Assembly: GCA_018674175.1 (NCBI GenBank)
Contig: JABHAT010000001.1
Coordinates: 7,787-71,786, forward strand
DNA: 64,000 nucleotides
Origin: Gammaproteobacteria bacterium
GTDB lineage: Bacteria > Pseudomonadota > Gammaproteobacteria > Poriferisulfidales > GCA-002705445
Direction of reading: 5' to 3'
Position numbers and translations under genes: made by a program. Positions within the stretch are counted from its first letter, which is position 1; the number at the start of each line of letters is the position of its first letter. Positions 47,995 to 61,289 of the stretch are shown here, one piece after another. The notes under the pieces were generated by a model. It made no database searches, was not told the DNA's origin, and saw nothing but the letters and a program-made list of their open reading frames with translations.

Positions 47995-48858
47995 ATGAAA
48001 GATTTTTTTAAGCTTTATTTATTTTTTTTCGTTTTACTACTAAGTGGGTGCGGATTATCGCTACCTGAGATTTCATTGCCTGATTTTGATTCATCAAAGG
48101 AATTAGAAATTAATGATTCTGATTATAATAAAGTATTAAATAAGAAATATGATGGCTATGCTGATGACGATGATCTTGATACTGAAGATATCTATAATGG
48201 CGCAAAGAAGTTTGCAGAATGTTCTAATTCAACTGAATGTGCATTACTCTGGGATACTGCTAAAAAATGGATTACGGAAAAATCTAAATATAAAGGAAAG
48301 TTAAAAACTAATACAAAAAACCTTTTAGTTACGAAAGCGGACCCGACAAAAAGTAAAGCTGATAAAATAACTTTTGAGGTTACTAGAAAGTCAAATGGCA
48401 AGACACACGTAATAAGTATCGTTGCAGACTGCCCAAAAAACTGCTCTATGTATATACATAAAGAATATTTTGCCTTTAACAGTTACCTTAAAAACCATTT
48501 GCTGGCTTATAAAAATGATATCGTGGGGTATGAAAAAGTTGAAGACGAAATGTTTGCCAATATTGAAACGTCCGATAATTTAGATATAAATTTTGATGAT
48601 TTATCAGAAAATAATCAAAGATCTGTTTTAGAAGAAAATAATGTACTTAATAAGATTGAAGTAACTAAGAGCAAAAGTAAAAGATATATTGGAAAAGTGG
48701 CCGAGCGTTTGATAGATGAATATTCATGCAATAAATCTAGTGAAATTAATCTTGTAAAGAAAACAAGAAAAAGAGAGCTCTACGAAGTTAATTGCATAAA
48801 AGAAGTGAAAAGAATGATTTTTGATTGTGGCCCAGATGGATGTGAGGTGTTGCAATGA
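47995..48858 (+). CDS. Hypothetical lipoprotein with a C-terminal 4-Cys module
   Basis: It has a lipobox (LLLSGCG) and an acidic linker (DDDDLDTED). The C-terminus is SCNKSSEINLVKKTRKRELYEVNCIKEVKRMIFDCGPDGCEV. Confidence 0.65.
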   Translation: MKDFFKLYLFFFVLLLSGCGLSLPEISLPDFDSSKELEINDSDYNKVLNKKYDGYADDDDLDTEDIYNGAKKFAECSNSTECALLWDTAKKWITEKSKYKGKLKTNTKNLLVTKADPTKSKADKITFEVTRKSNGKTHVISIVADCPKNCSMYIHKEYFAFNSYLKNHLLAYKNDIVGYEKVEDEMFANIETSDNLDINFDDLSENNQRSVLEENNVLNKIEVTKSKSKRYIGKVAERLIDEYSCNKSSEINLVKKTRKRELYEVNCIKEVKRMIFDCGPDGCEVLQ

Positions 48859-49172
48859 CAAGATTATTAAAATTTATATCTATAATTGTTTTTTCAGTAA
48901 GTATTGGTAGTTGTTCTTCAATAGAAACTAAAAGTATAAAAAATTGGCTTGAAGAGGGTACAAAAGAAAATCGCGAAACTGTTAAGAAGAATAATAAAAC
49001 TGGCAAAACTCATCTCAAAGATTATTTGCAAAAGAGTGGATGTGTTAATGGATCAAGTGCAAAAATAGTAGATAGTGAAGATAAGGAGATCCTTTTATAT
49101 GATGTAACTTGCGTGACAAAATCTAAAGAATTTTTATTAATATGCAATGATCAAGGTTGCTCGAAATATTAA
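48855..49172 (+). CDS. Hypothetical small lipoprotein with the same C-terminal 4-Cys module
   Basis: It has a lipobox (SIGSCS). The C-terminus is GCVNGSSAKIVDSEDKEILLYDVTCVTKSKEFLLICNDQGCSK. Its start overlaps the upstream stop in ATGA. Confidence 0.6.
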   Translation: MTRLLKFISIIVFSVSIGSCSSIETKSIKNWLEEGTKENRETVKKNNKTGKTHLKDYLQKSGCVNGSSAKIVDSEDKEILLYDVTCVTKSKEFLLICNDQGCSKY

Positions 49173-49180
49173 CTATGATC

Positions 49181-49807
49181 TTATCTACTTTTTTTGCTAT
49201 TTAACCAATCTATAATTGGCTCAAAATAAGTTCTATCAACTTCTGTCATTCCAGGAGCCATTTCATATATACCCAAACCTTTCTCTTGTGCTCTTATGTA
49301 ATTTTGACTATCTCTAACCATAGTTAAAAAAGGTATTCTTTGCCCCTCTAAAAATTCATCTAATTCCCAATATATATTTGTATAATCCCTACCTCTATTA
49401 GCAACTAAAGCGATTTTAGATTTCTTTTTAACAACTCTAGAGTGTTTCTTTATATTTTTTATAAATTCACTGGCTGCTCTCATATCAATGGGTGAGGGCA
49501 ATACTGGTATTATTACGCTTTCTGCCATATTTAACACTTTTGTTAAAGCTGATCCTTGAAGCCCAGCAGGAGCATCAATTATTTTGTAATCTATTCCTCT
49601 TCTTACCTTTTCACCGTACCCTTTGATTCCAGTAATAGGCGGTTTAGCAGAAGAACGTAACTTAAGCCAACTTATTGAGCTTTCCTGGCTGTCTAAATCT
49701 ACTAACGCGACTGATTTACCTATTGAGGCATAAAAACTTGCCAATGTTGTAGCGATGGTTGTTTTGCCTGAGCCACCTTTTGTATTTAAAACTAGTATTG
49801 ATCGCAT
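49181..49807 (-). CDS. Orphan ParA/MinD-like P-loop ATPase
   Basis: It has a deviant Walker A (LNTKGGSGKTT). It is about 208 aa. No ParB-like gene is adjacent. The start is taken at MRSILVL; the track start is 49819. Confidence 0.75.
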   Translation of the reverse strand: MRSILVLNTKGGSGKTTIATTLASFYASIGKSVALVDLDSQESSISWLKLRSSAKPPITGIKGYGEKVRRGIDYKIIDAPAGLQGSALTKVLNMAESVIIPVLPSPIDMRAASEFIKNIKKHSRVVKKKSKIALVANRGRDYTNIYWELDEFLEGQRIPFLTMVRDSQNYIRAQEKGLGIYEMAPGMTEVDRTYFEPIIDWLNSKKSR

Positions 49808-49868
49808 ATATAGTTCCATAAAGTTTAGCTTATGGTTATTTTATCATTATTTTTTAGCATGTCTATTT

Positions 49869-50639
49869 TCAAATATCAAAAACTGATACCACTGGGGCGT
49901 GATCTGAAGGGCGCTCATTTTCTCTTGGCATAATATCTATATAACTAGAAGTGCACTTATCAGATAAAGCTTTATTAGATAATATTAGGTCTATTCTTAA
50001 GCCTCTATTTCTCCTAAAAGCACCAGTTCGATAGTCCCACCAGCTATATAGTTCCTTATCTTGATCAAATATTCTAAAACTGTCCGTGAAACCTAAATCT
50101 AGGATTTCTTCAAGAGCATGTCTTTCTTTTTTACTACAAAGGATTCTGTCTTTCCACGCCTCAGGGTCATATATGTCCTCATCATTAGGAGCAATATTAA
50201 AATCTCCCAAAACAACATAATATTTTGTTTTTTTTAAATCATTCTCTATATGTTTTTTTATTTTTTTTAACCAATCAAGCTTGTATTCATATTTATCTGA
50301 TCCAACTTCGTGGCCATTAACCACATATAAATTTAAAACTGATAAATCTTCGCCATACCTAGTTAATAAAAATCTTTTTTGTTCTTGTTCCTCATTATTG
50401 ATTAGCTTTATAGACTCTTTTGGAGGAATTTTACTTATAGTTGTAACGCCGTTATAAGTTTTCTGACCTATATAGTCACAAAAAAAACCTGCATCCGTGA
50501 TATCATTTATTGGGAAAGAGCAATCTTCTACTTTGGTTTCCTGAATTGCCAAAATATCAACATCACTTTTTTCTAGCCAATCTAGAACTTGCGGCAGCCT
50601 TACTCTTAAAGAATTTACATTCCAAGAAGCTATTTTCAT
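49869..50639 (-). CDS. xthA: Exodeoxyribonuclease III (paralog 2, XthA-like)
   Basis: It begins MKIASWNVNSLRVRLPQVLDWL...ILAIQETK and ends PSDHAPVVSVFD. Confidence 0.88.
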   Translation of the reverse strand: MKIASWNVNSLRVRLPQVLDWLEKSDVDILAIQETKVEDCSFPINDITDAGFFCDYIGQKTYNGVTTISKIPPKESIKLINNEEQEQKRFLLTRYGEDLSVLNLYVVNGHEVGSDKYEYKLDWLKKIKKHIENDLKKTKYYVVLGDFNIAPNDEDIYDPEAWKDRILCSKKERHALEEILDLGFTDSFRIFDQDKELYSWWDYRTGAFRRNRGLRIDLILSNKALSDKCTSSYIDIMPRENERPSDHAPVVSVFDI

Positions 50640-52678
50640 TTTAGACCTAAGCTGTCTAAAAGAGGTTCTATTTTTGGCTCTCTCCCCCTAAAATCAATAA
50701 ATAATTCTAAGGCTGGTTTGGAGCCGCCTGTTTCTAATATTTTTTTCATAAATTTATTTCCAACTTTTCTATCTACTAATTTATTTTCTTTAAAAGCCAT
50801 AAATGCATCGGCAGATAAAACTTCTGCCCACTTGTAACTATAATATCCTGCTGCATATCCACCTGAGAAAATATGAGCAAAACTATTTTGGAATTTATTA
50901 CTATTGTGAACAGGCATCAACGATGTTTCTTTTCTTACTTTTTTTAGAATCACATCTGCTAATTTTGTCTTTTTCTTTTTATCGTTCATGTGCAGCAGAA
51001 AATCAAATAATGAAAACTCAATTTGTCTTAGCAAACCTAGGCCAGTATTATAGTTTTTTGTAGCTAATAATTTTTTAAATAAACTATCAGGTAATTTTTT
51101 ATTTGTTTTGTAATGAAATGCAAAAGTGTCAAGAACGTCTTTTTCCCAACACCAATTTTCCATAAACTGGCTTGGTAATTCAACAGCGTCCCACTCTACT
51201 CCAGATATACCAGATATACCTGCGTAATCTACTTTTGTTAACATGTGTTGCAAGCCATGACCAAACTCATGAAATAAAGTTTCAACATCATAATGCGTGA
51301 AAAATGCAGGGCTTGTTTTTGTTGGCGGACTTGAGTTACAAGTAATGAAGGCTACTGGTGATTGGATGGAACCATTTGAATTAAGTCTTCTTTGTGTGCA
51401 TTCATCCATCCATGCGCCACCTCTTTTATTTTGCCTTGCGTAAAGATCAAAATAAAATTTTCCTCTAAGATTTTTATTTTTATCATAAATTTCATATAAC
51501 CTAACATCTGGATGCCAAACATCTTTCGTTTTTTTTAATATAACATTAATTCCATAAAGTGATTTTACGAGTTTAAATAAACCGTCTACCACATTCTCTA
51601 CTGGAAAATATTTTTTAAGCTCTTCTTGTGAAACACCAAAGTTTTCTTCTTTATATTTCTCCGAAACATAACCTAGGTCCCATGGGTTTAGTTTTGTTAT
51701 GCCACATTTTGTTTTTGCATATTTTTTTAAGATATTTATTTCTTTTTTGGATTGTTTAATTGCTTTTGTTTTTAAATTATTTAAAAAACCTATTACTTCC
51801 TTTGATGACTTTGCCATTTTTGTCGCAAGGGAATATTCAGCAAAATTTTTATAATCTAAAATTTGAGCCATTGTTTGCCTTAAGCACAATATTTCTTCTA
51901 TATTTTTTGTGTTATCCCAAGGTCCTTTGACTGGGAATTTATCTGATGCTCTACTTGCATATGCCAAATATAAAGTTTTTCTTAGCTTTTGATTTTTTGC
52001 AAATGTCATTACTGCCATATAACAAGGCTGATCTAAAGTTAGCGTGTAACCATTTTCTTTTCTAGCAGACGCGACTTCTGCAGCAATCTCTAATGCATTT
52101 TCAGGAATACCTTCTAACATTTTTTTTGTTTTAAAATTCTTAGACCATGAGTTTGTTGAGTCTAAAATATTTTGTTCAAAGGTAGCCTCAAGATTGGCTA
52201 GTTTTTCTTGGCATTCTCTAAATGACTTTCTTTTTTTTGAATCTAAGTGCACTCCGGAAAGTTTAAAACCATTTAATGTATCCTTTAAAAGTTTTTTTTG
52301 ATTTGAATTTAATCTTGATTTATTTTCATTATAAAATATTTCATATTTTGAAAATAATTTTTTGTTTTGACCAATTTTTGCGTAATGCTTTGTTAGTAAA
52401 TTTAGACTTTTTTCATATTGTTTTCTTATTAAAGGATCATTCATTACAGAATTTAAATGTCTTATTGGCGCCCAAGCTTTTGCAATTTTATCATCTGATT
52501 CTTCAATCTTATATACAAAGTTTTTCCAAGAAAGTTTCTTTAAGCCTTCAATGTCATTTATGATTTTTATATTTTCTTTTGTTAAATAACTTATAGCTTG
52601 ATACATATCTTTGCTCTGTATCTTAGAAAATTTTGGCAATAGTTTTGAGTTTAACAACGTGTTTTTATTTATATCCAT
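50636..52678 (-). CDS. prlC: Oligopeptidase A (M3 family)
   Basis: It is 680 aa with the zinc motif HEFGHGLQH. Confidence 0.9.
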   Translation of the reverse strand: MDINKNTLLNSKLLPKFSKIQSKDMYQAISYLTKENIKIINDIEGLKKLSWKNFVYKIEESDDKIAKAWAPIRHLNSVMNDPLIRKQYEKSLNLLTKHYAKIGQNKKLFSKYEIFYNENKSRLNSNQKKLLKDTLNGFKLSGVHLDSKKRKSFRECQEKLANLEATFEQNILDSTNSWSKNFKTKKMLEGIPENALEIAAEVASARKENGYTLTLDQPCYMAVMTFAKNQKLRKTLYLAYASRASDKFPVKGPWDNTKNIEEILCLRQTMAQILDYKNFAEYSLATKMAKSSKEVIGFLNNLKTKAIKQSKKEINILKKYAKTKCGITKLNPWDLGYVSEKYKEENFGVSQEELKKYFPVENVVDGLFKLVKSLYGINVILKKTKDVWHPDVRLYEIYDKNKNLRGKFYFDLYARQNKRGGAWMDECTQRRLNSNGSIQSPVAFITCNSSPPTKTSPAFFTHYDVETLFHEFGHGLQHMLTKVDYAGISGISGVEWDAVELPSQFMENWCWEKDVLDTFAFHYKTNKKLPDSLFKKLLATKNYNTGLGLLRQIEFSLFDFLLHMNDKKKKTKLADVILKKVRKETSLMPVHNSNKFQNSFAHIFSGGYAAGYYSYKWAEVLSADAFMAFKENKLVDRKVGNKFMKKILETGGSKPALELFIDFRGREPKIEPLLDSLGLK

Positions 52679-52706
52679 AATATTACTTAATTCCTTTTTT
52701 TATATT

Positions 52707-56137
<3,431 letters not shown>

Positions 56138-56139
56138 TC

Positions 56140-57252
56140 TTACAGCCTCAAAGGCATTACCACATAGCTTGACGAGTTGTCGTTTTCTGGCATTAAAAGA
56201 GCGCTACTATTCGCATCTTTAAGCGAAATCTGAACATTTTTTGTTTTAATGACGTTAAGAACATCTATTAGATAATTCACATTAAAACCTACCTCTAAAG
56301 GTTCTCCGTTATAAGTTGCCTTGATATCGTCAGAAGCTTCTTCTTTTTCCGGGTTATTAGCACTAACGCCGATTTCATTTTCTAGAAAGTTTAGTCTAAC
56401 ACCTCTAAATCTATCGTTAGACAATATAGAAACTCTTATCAAGGCCTCTTTGAAAGATTTGCAGTCTACCGTCACGGTTTTATCAGTGTCTGAAGGAATA
56501 ACTCTAGTGTAGTCTGGGAACTTGCCATCAATTAACTTAGAAATCGCTTGCGAATGATTATTCTTAACCTGAAGATGATTCTTAGAAAGAATAGCTTTAA
56601 TCTCCTCTTCCTCAACAAGCTGCTTATCTATTTCAATTATTCCTTTTCTTGGCACAATCGCGTTAGCAGAGGGTAAAGAAATCCCGGTTTTAGTAGCTGC
56701 GCCAGCTTTTGCTAGTCTATGACCATCAGTAGCCACTCCAAAAATCTCCTCTTGCGATATGTTTAAATATAAACCATTAAGATAATACCTAACATCTTGT
56801 TGCGCCATTGCGAAAGATGTTTTTCCAATAATATCTTTAAGATTTTGAGACTTAAAAGAAAATGGAATGCTATTTTCGTCAGTAGTGTCCATTATTGGGA
56901 ATGTTCTTGCGTCCAGCGCAGAAAGAATAAATTTGCTTTTTTTAGATTTTATTTGAATCTTATTCTCATCTTCAAGATTTATTTCTAATATAGATTCGTC
57001 TGGCAAACCTTTTCCAATATCGAAAAGTTTTCTTCCTGGAATAGTTACATCGCTTGTAAAATCAGAACCAGCTTCCAAAGTCACCGAACAAGATAATTGA
57101 ACCTCGAGATCAGAAGCAACTACTTCGTAAGTATCGTTATTCTTTCTAAAAAGAACGTGACTCAAAATTGGCATTGTTTGTCTTTTCTCGACAACCCCGA
57201 TTACTTTTTGTAAACTTTTTATTAAGTTTTCTTTAGTTATTATTATTTTCAT
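56140..57252 (-). CDS. dnaN: DNA polymerase III beta sliding clamp
   Basis: It is 370 aa, begins MKIIITKENLIKSLQKVIGVVEKRQTMPILSHVL, and ends PLRL. Confidence 0.96.
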   Translation of the reverse strand: MKIIITKENLIKSLQKVIGVVEKRQTMPILSHVLFRKNNDTYEVVASDLEVQLSCSVTLEAGSDFTSDVTIPGRKLFDIGKGLPDESILEINLEDENKIQIKSKKSKFILSALDARTFPIMDTTDENSIPFSFKSQNLKDIIGKTSFAMAQQDVRYYLNGLYLNISQEEIFGVATDGHRLAKAGAATKTGISLPSANAIVPRKGIIEIDKQLVEEEEIKAILSKNHLQVKNNHSQAISKLIDGKFPDYTRVIPSDTDKTVTVDCKSFKEALIRVSILSNDRFRGVRLNFLENEIGVSANNPEKEEASDDIKATYNGEPLEVGFNVNYLIDVLNVIKTKNVQISLKDANSSALLMPENDNSSSYVVMPLRL

Positions 57253-57436
57253 ATTATATATATAGTTATTATAACTAACCCCTTTTTCTGTTTATATAGC
57301 TAAAAAATCTTATTAATACAATAATTTAAAACATTATTAACCTGTTAGTAATTATTTTAAAACTGTTGTCTATATTTATTATTTATAGATATACATTTTT
57401 ATTAGATAATTATATACAGGTTCTTAACATATCAAA

Positions 57437-58750
57437 TTATGTGCTTAAAGCCCTTCTTAAATTTATCAAATCTTCCTTAATCTTGTTATCTGTTAAACAT
57501 AACTCGGTTATTTTTTTACATGCATGTAGTACAGTCGTATGATCTCTTCCCCCAAATGCATCTCCAATTTCTGGCAAACTATGGCTGGTCAACTCTTTTG
57601 CTAGAGACATTGCAAGTTGTCTAGGTCTCGCTAAAGAGCGATTTCTTTTTGCTGACAAAAGTTCAGACATTCTTATTTTGTAATAACTTGCAACAGTTTT
57701 TTGGATATTATCAATAGTAACCATTTTGTTTTGCAAAGAAATAAGGTCGCGCAAGGCCTCTTTGGCAAAACTTAAAGTTATTTCTTTGCCTGTAAACTGG
57801 GAATTAGCAACAACTCTTCTAAGGGCCCCTTCAAGCTCTCTTACATTAGATTGTATGCATCTTGCTATAAAAAAAGCCACATCTGTATCTAATTCTGTTC
57901 CGATAAAGGCCGCCTTTTTTTTGAGAATAGCAACCCTAGTTTCTAGTTCCGGAGGTTCAATTGACTGTGTTAAACCCCATCCGAACCTTGATTTAAGTCG
58001 TTCATCAAGACCGTTAACTTCTTTGGGATATCTATCGCATGTTAAGACGATTTGGCATTTTCCTTCTAGGAGCGTATTGAAAGTGTGAAAAAACTCTTCT
58101 TGAGATCTTTCTTTTCCAGCAAAAAATTGAATGTCATCAATCAAAAGAGCATCTGCAGATCTGTAATATTCTTTAAAAGAATCAATTTTGTTGTGTTGAA
58201 GAGCTCGCACCATGTCCGCAACAAATTTTTCTGAGTGAAGATATAGTATTTTAGCGCTCTTATTATAATTTAATATATTATTACCAATAGCGTTCATTAA
58301 GTGGGTTTTTCCTAAGCCAACGCCCCCATATATAAAAAAGGGATTATAGTTTTGACCAGGATTACTCGATACTTGCATTGCTGCTGCGCGAGCTAGCTCG
58401 TTAGATTTGCCAGTAACAAAATTATCAAATGTAAAATCTGATGAAAATTTTGAGTTATTACTAAAATCTGTTTTCTTATCTTCCTCGATACTTGTATTAA
58501 TTGCAGCTAATTTCTGTGAAATTCCGCCAACTTCAAAATTAAAACTATATTCAGAGTCCTCAAGACGCTTTAAAAAATAACTACTAAGATTTTCGTTTGC
58601 CCAATCGACAGCATACTGATTTGGAGCAGTAATTTTTATAGTTTTATTTTGTGTTATAGCTTGAAGAGGTCGAACCCAGGTATTAAACTGTTGTTCATCA
58701 AAATTATTTTGTAAGTCGACAAGACATTGTTCCCAGAATTCTGGCTGCAT
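57437..58750 (-). CDS. dnaA: Chromosomal replication initiator protein DnaA
   Basis: It has an AAA+ Walker A ([16 protein letters not shown]) and a domain IV ([15 protein letters not shown]). Confidence 0.98.
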   Translation of the reverse strand: MQPEFWEQCLVDLQNNFDEQQFNTWVRPLQAITQNKTIKITAPNQYAVDWANENLSSYFLKRLEDSEYSFNFEVGGISQKLAAINTSIEEDKKTDFSNNSKFSSDFTFDNFVTGKSNELARAAAMQVSSNPGQNYNPFFIYGGVGLGKTHLMNAIGNNILNYNKSAKILYLHSEKFVADMVRALQHNKIDSFKEYYRSADALLIDDIQFFAGKERSQEEFFHTFNTLLEGKCQIVLTCDRYPKEVNGLDERLKSRFGWGLTQSIEPPELETRVAILKKKAAFIGTELDTDVAFFIARCIQSNVRELEGALRRVVANSQFTGKEITLSFAKEALRDLISLQNKMVTIDNIQKTVASYYKIRMSELLSAKRNRSLARPRQLAMSLAKELTSHSLPEIGDAFGGRDHTTVLHACKKITELCLTDNKIKEDLINLRRALST

Positions 58751-58802
58751 TACTATGATCCCCTAAAACTATTTATAATTATTTATTTAAGATATATTAT
58801 AC

Positions 58803-58875
58803 TTATCCACAGAAGAAATATATTAACAAATCTGTGTAAAAATTGTGGATAAGTTATGTAAAAATGTGTGATAAA
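58803..58875. promoter_or_regulatory. Cluster of four DnaA-box-like 9-mers in the dnaA-rpmH intergenic region
   Basis: TTATCCACA at 58803-58811 is a perfect box. TGTGGATAA at 58844-58852 is a perfect box on the other strand. TGTGTAAAA at 58833-58841 has the complement TTTTACACA, which fits TTWTNCACA. TGTGATAAA at 58867-58875 has the complement TTTATCACA, with one mismatch. Confidence 0.75.
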
Positions 58876-58938
58876 GTAACTATTGACAAACATACCCTAT
58901 GGAAGTAATGTCGCGAGCATAATATAAAGGAATAAATA

Positions 58939-59079
58939 ATGAAAAGAACATATCAACCAAGTAAAATTAAAAGAGCAAGAACTCATGGCTTTAGATCCAG
59001 AATGAGTACTGCTTCTGGAAGAGCTGTAATTAACGCAAGAAGAGCGAAAGGAAGAAAGCGTCTTTCTGTCTCTGGATAA
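58939..59079 (+). CDS. rpmH: 50S ribosomal protein L34 (46 aa; too short for the ORF track)
   Basis: My own translation is [46 protein letters not shown]. It is followed by rnpA. Confidence 0.95.
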   Translation: MKRTYQPSKIKRARTHGFRSRMSTASGRAVINARRAKGRKRLSVSG

Positions 59080-59113
59080 TCTTATAAAAAATAATAGCTT
59101 TAATACTAAAATA

Positions 59114-59425
59114 ATGCGACTTAATACGCCGCAAGATTTTAAAAGATGTTTTATAAGTAGAAAAAAAATTAAGAATGCAGCTTTCACACTGCATTATGCA
59201 GAAAATGATAGCCAAACAGCAAGACTTGGCGTAAATATTGCCAAGAAAAAAATCAAAAAAGCTGTAGATAGAAATAAAATAAAACGAGCAGCAAGAGAAG
59301 CATTTAGAAGATGTCATTTAAAAGGCATAGATGTTGTTTTGATTTTAAAAAATGAAAAATTTTACGATCAAACAAAATGTTTTACAATGATTAACGAAGT
59401 TTTTAACGATTTAATGAAAAAATGA
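59114..59425 (+). CDS. rnpA: Ribonuclease P protein component
   Basis: It is a basic 103-aa protein. It sits in the conserved rpmH-rnpA-yidD-yidC order. Confidence 0.85.
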   Translation: MRLNTPQDFKRCFISRKKIKNAAFTLHYAENDSQTARLGVNIAKKKIKKAVDRNKIKRAAREAFRRCHLKGIDVVLILKNEKFYDQTKCFTMINEVFNDLMKK

Positions 59426-59634
59426 ATTATTTACTAATCAAGGTTATAAAAATCTACCAAGCTTCATTAAGCGTCTTTGTGGGACAACACTGCAGGTTTT
59501 CACCAACTTGTTCAAATTATGCTATTGAAGCGATAAAATCTCATGGATCTTTACAAGGTATTTTTTTAACAACAAAGAGAATATGCAGATGTCATCCATG
59601 GGCAGATGGTGGGATTGATGAGGTTCCTAAATAG
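59422..59634 (+). CDS. yidD: Membrane protein insertion efficiency factor YidD
   Basis: CRFSPTCSNYAIEAIKSHG is present. Confidence 0.9.
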   Translation: MNYLLIKVIKIYQASLSVFVGQHCRFSPTCSNYAIEAIKSHGSLQGIFLTTKRICRCHPWADGGIDEVPK

Positions 59635-61284
59635 ATGAATAATAGATTTTTATTATATGTAGCATTTTCTCTGGTGCTTTTTATGGTTTGGCAGCAATGG
59701 AAAATCGAACAAAACCCATTACCCACTGCTAGTAAAATTTCTGAGACTCAAAATAACCCCGAAACATTTGTAGATATGCCAGATGAGGCTATCAGAGATG
59801 AGAGTTCTGAAACAACAAAAAATACAAAAGAGAGGCTATATTTAGATGAAAATAAAAAGAAAGGCGAAAATATTTTACTGTCTAATAATGCTATAGAAAT
59901 AACTATAGATACAGTTGGCGGAACTATCAAAAGATCTAAACTATTAAATTATTTTGAAAGCACAGATGAAAATAGTTTAAATATTAACTTACTTGATTAT
60001 GAAAAAGAATACTATGTTGCGCAATCAGGATTATTGCATGATAAAAATTCTTTGAAAGAAAATAAAAATAAATTAGCTCCAAATCACCACGACGTATACG
60101 AAATAGTAAATAAAAAAAATAACGCCGTTACCTTGGAGTGGAAAAGTAAAAACGGAAAGATAACGGTTTTAAAAAGAATCTATCTTAATAATACTGGATA
60201 CCAAATAAATATAGAAAATACAGTTATAAATAGTTCTAATAAAGCTTGGGCTGGCAGACAGTATAGGCAAATTAGAAGAGAAAGTGATGGCGAAGGAAGA
60301 TCTTGGGTTACCCCCACATTTACAGGGGCAGCTTATTATGACGGAACATATAATAAAGTTTCATATGGTGACATCTCTGAAACAAGACCAAAATTCACTG
60401 CACTAAGTGGCTGGGTAGCGATGATGGAACATTATTTTGTATCGTCATGGTATTTTCCAAAAGATGAGAATAACTTGTTCTACACTAAAGAAATTTTGGT
60501 AGATGACTTGAGAAGGGATTATATAATTGGGGCGAGATCAGATGCAATTATGATCCAGCCAAACGAGAGAGCTATCTTTTCGTCAAATTTATATGTTGGG
60601 CCAAAACTACAAAAAGAATTAGAAGGTATTTCAAATGGGCTAGAACTTACAATCGATTACGGCGTTCTGACTTTCATTGCAAAACCTCTTTTTTGGCTTT
60701 TAGATAAAATTCATTCAATGACAGGAAACTGGGGCTGGGCAATTATACTGCTTACAATTTTAATAAAATTAGCGTTCTATAAGCTTTCGGCGACAAGTTA
60801 TAAATCAATGGCAAGAATGAAGCAATTTTCACCAAAAATTCAATCTATTAGAGAAAGATTTGGAAGTGATAGGCAAAAAATGAATCAAGCCATGATGGAT
60901 ATGTATCGACAAGAAAAAATAAATCCACTTGGAGGGTGTTGGCCTATATTAATTCAGATACCTGTCTTTATAGCTTTATATTGGGTTTTATTAGAAAGTG
61001 TGGAACTAAGGCAAGCTGATTTTATATTTTGGTTAAATGATCTTTCCGCAAAAGACCCTTATTTTGTTCTCCCTTTAATTATGGGGGCGTCAATGTACTT
61101 TCAGCAAAAACTTAATCCTGCTCCACCTGATCCGATGCAAGCAAAAATCATGCAAATGTTACCGATAATTTTCACAGCTTTTTTTGCATTTTTTCCTTCT
61201 GGCTTAGTTTTATATTGGGTTGTTAATAATTTGCTATCTATTGCTCAGCAATGGAAAATAACAAAGAATATAACATCCAAATAA
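59635..61284 (+). CDS. yidC: Membrane protein insertase YidC
   Basis: It is 549 aa with a large periplasmic domain. The conserved C-terminal core includes NWGWAIILLTILIKL, GGCWPILIQIPVFIALYWVL and SGLVLYWVVNN. Confidence 0.96.
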   Translation: MNNRFLLYVAFSLVLFMVWQQWKIEQNPLPTASKISETQNNPETFVDMPDEAIRDESSETTKNTKERLYLDENKKKGENILLSNNAIEITIDTVGGTIKRSKLLNYFESTDENSLNINLLDYEKEYYVAQSGLLHDKNSLKENKNKLAPNHHDVYEIVNKKNNAVTLEWKSKNGKITVLKRIYLNNTGYQINIENTVINSSNKAWAGRQYRQIRRESDGEGRSWVTPTFTGAAYYDGTYNKVSYGDISETRPKFTALSGWVAMMEHYFVSSWYFPKDENNLFYTKEILVDDLRRDYIIGARSDAIMIQPNERAIFSSNLYVGPKLQKELEGISNGLELTIDYGVLTFIAKPLFWLLDKIHSMTGNWGWAIILLTILIKLAFYKLSATSYKSMARMKQFSPKIQSIRERFGSDRQKMNQAMMDMYRQEKINPLGGCWPILIQIPVFIALYWVLLESVELRQADFIFWLNDLSAKDPYFVLPLIMGASMYFQQKLNPAPPDPMQAKIMQMLPIIFTAFFAFFPSGLVLYWVVNNLLSIAQQWKITKNITSK

Positions 61285-61289
61285 ACTAA

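Noticed and set aside
57253-57436. dnaA-dnaN spacer considered as a DnaA-box-rich oriC core
   Set aside because: I found only one weak box (TTATATACA, two mismatches to TTATCCACA). I kept the region as a low-confidence unwinding or promoter candidate, not as a box cluster.
58897-59317. Minus-strand ORFs 58897-59187 and 59030-59317
   Set aside because: They lie antisense to rpmH and rnpA. The plus-strand L34 translation matches the universally conserved L34 N-terminal sequence as I recall it.
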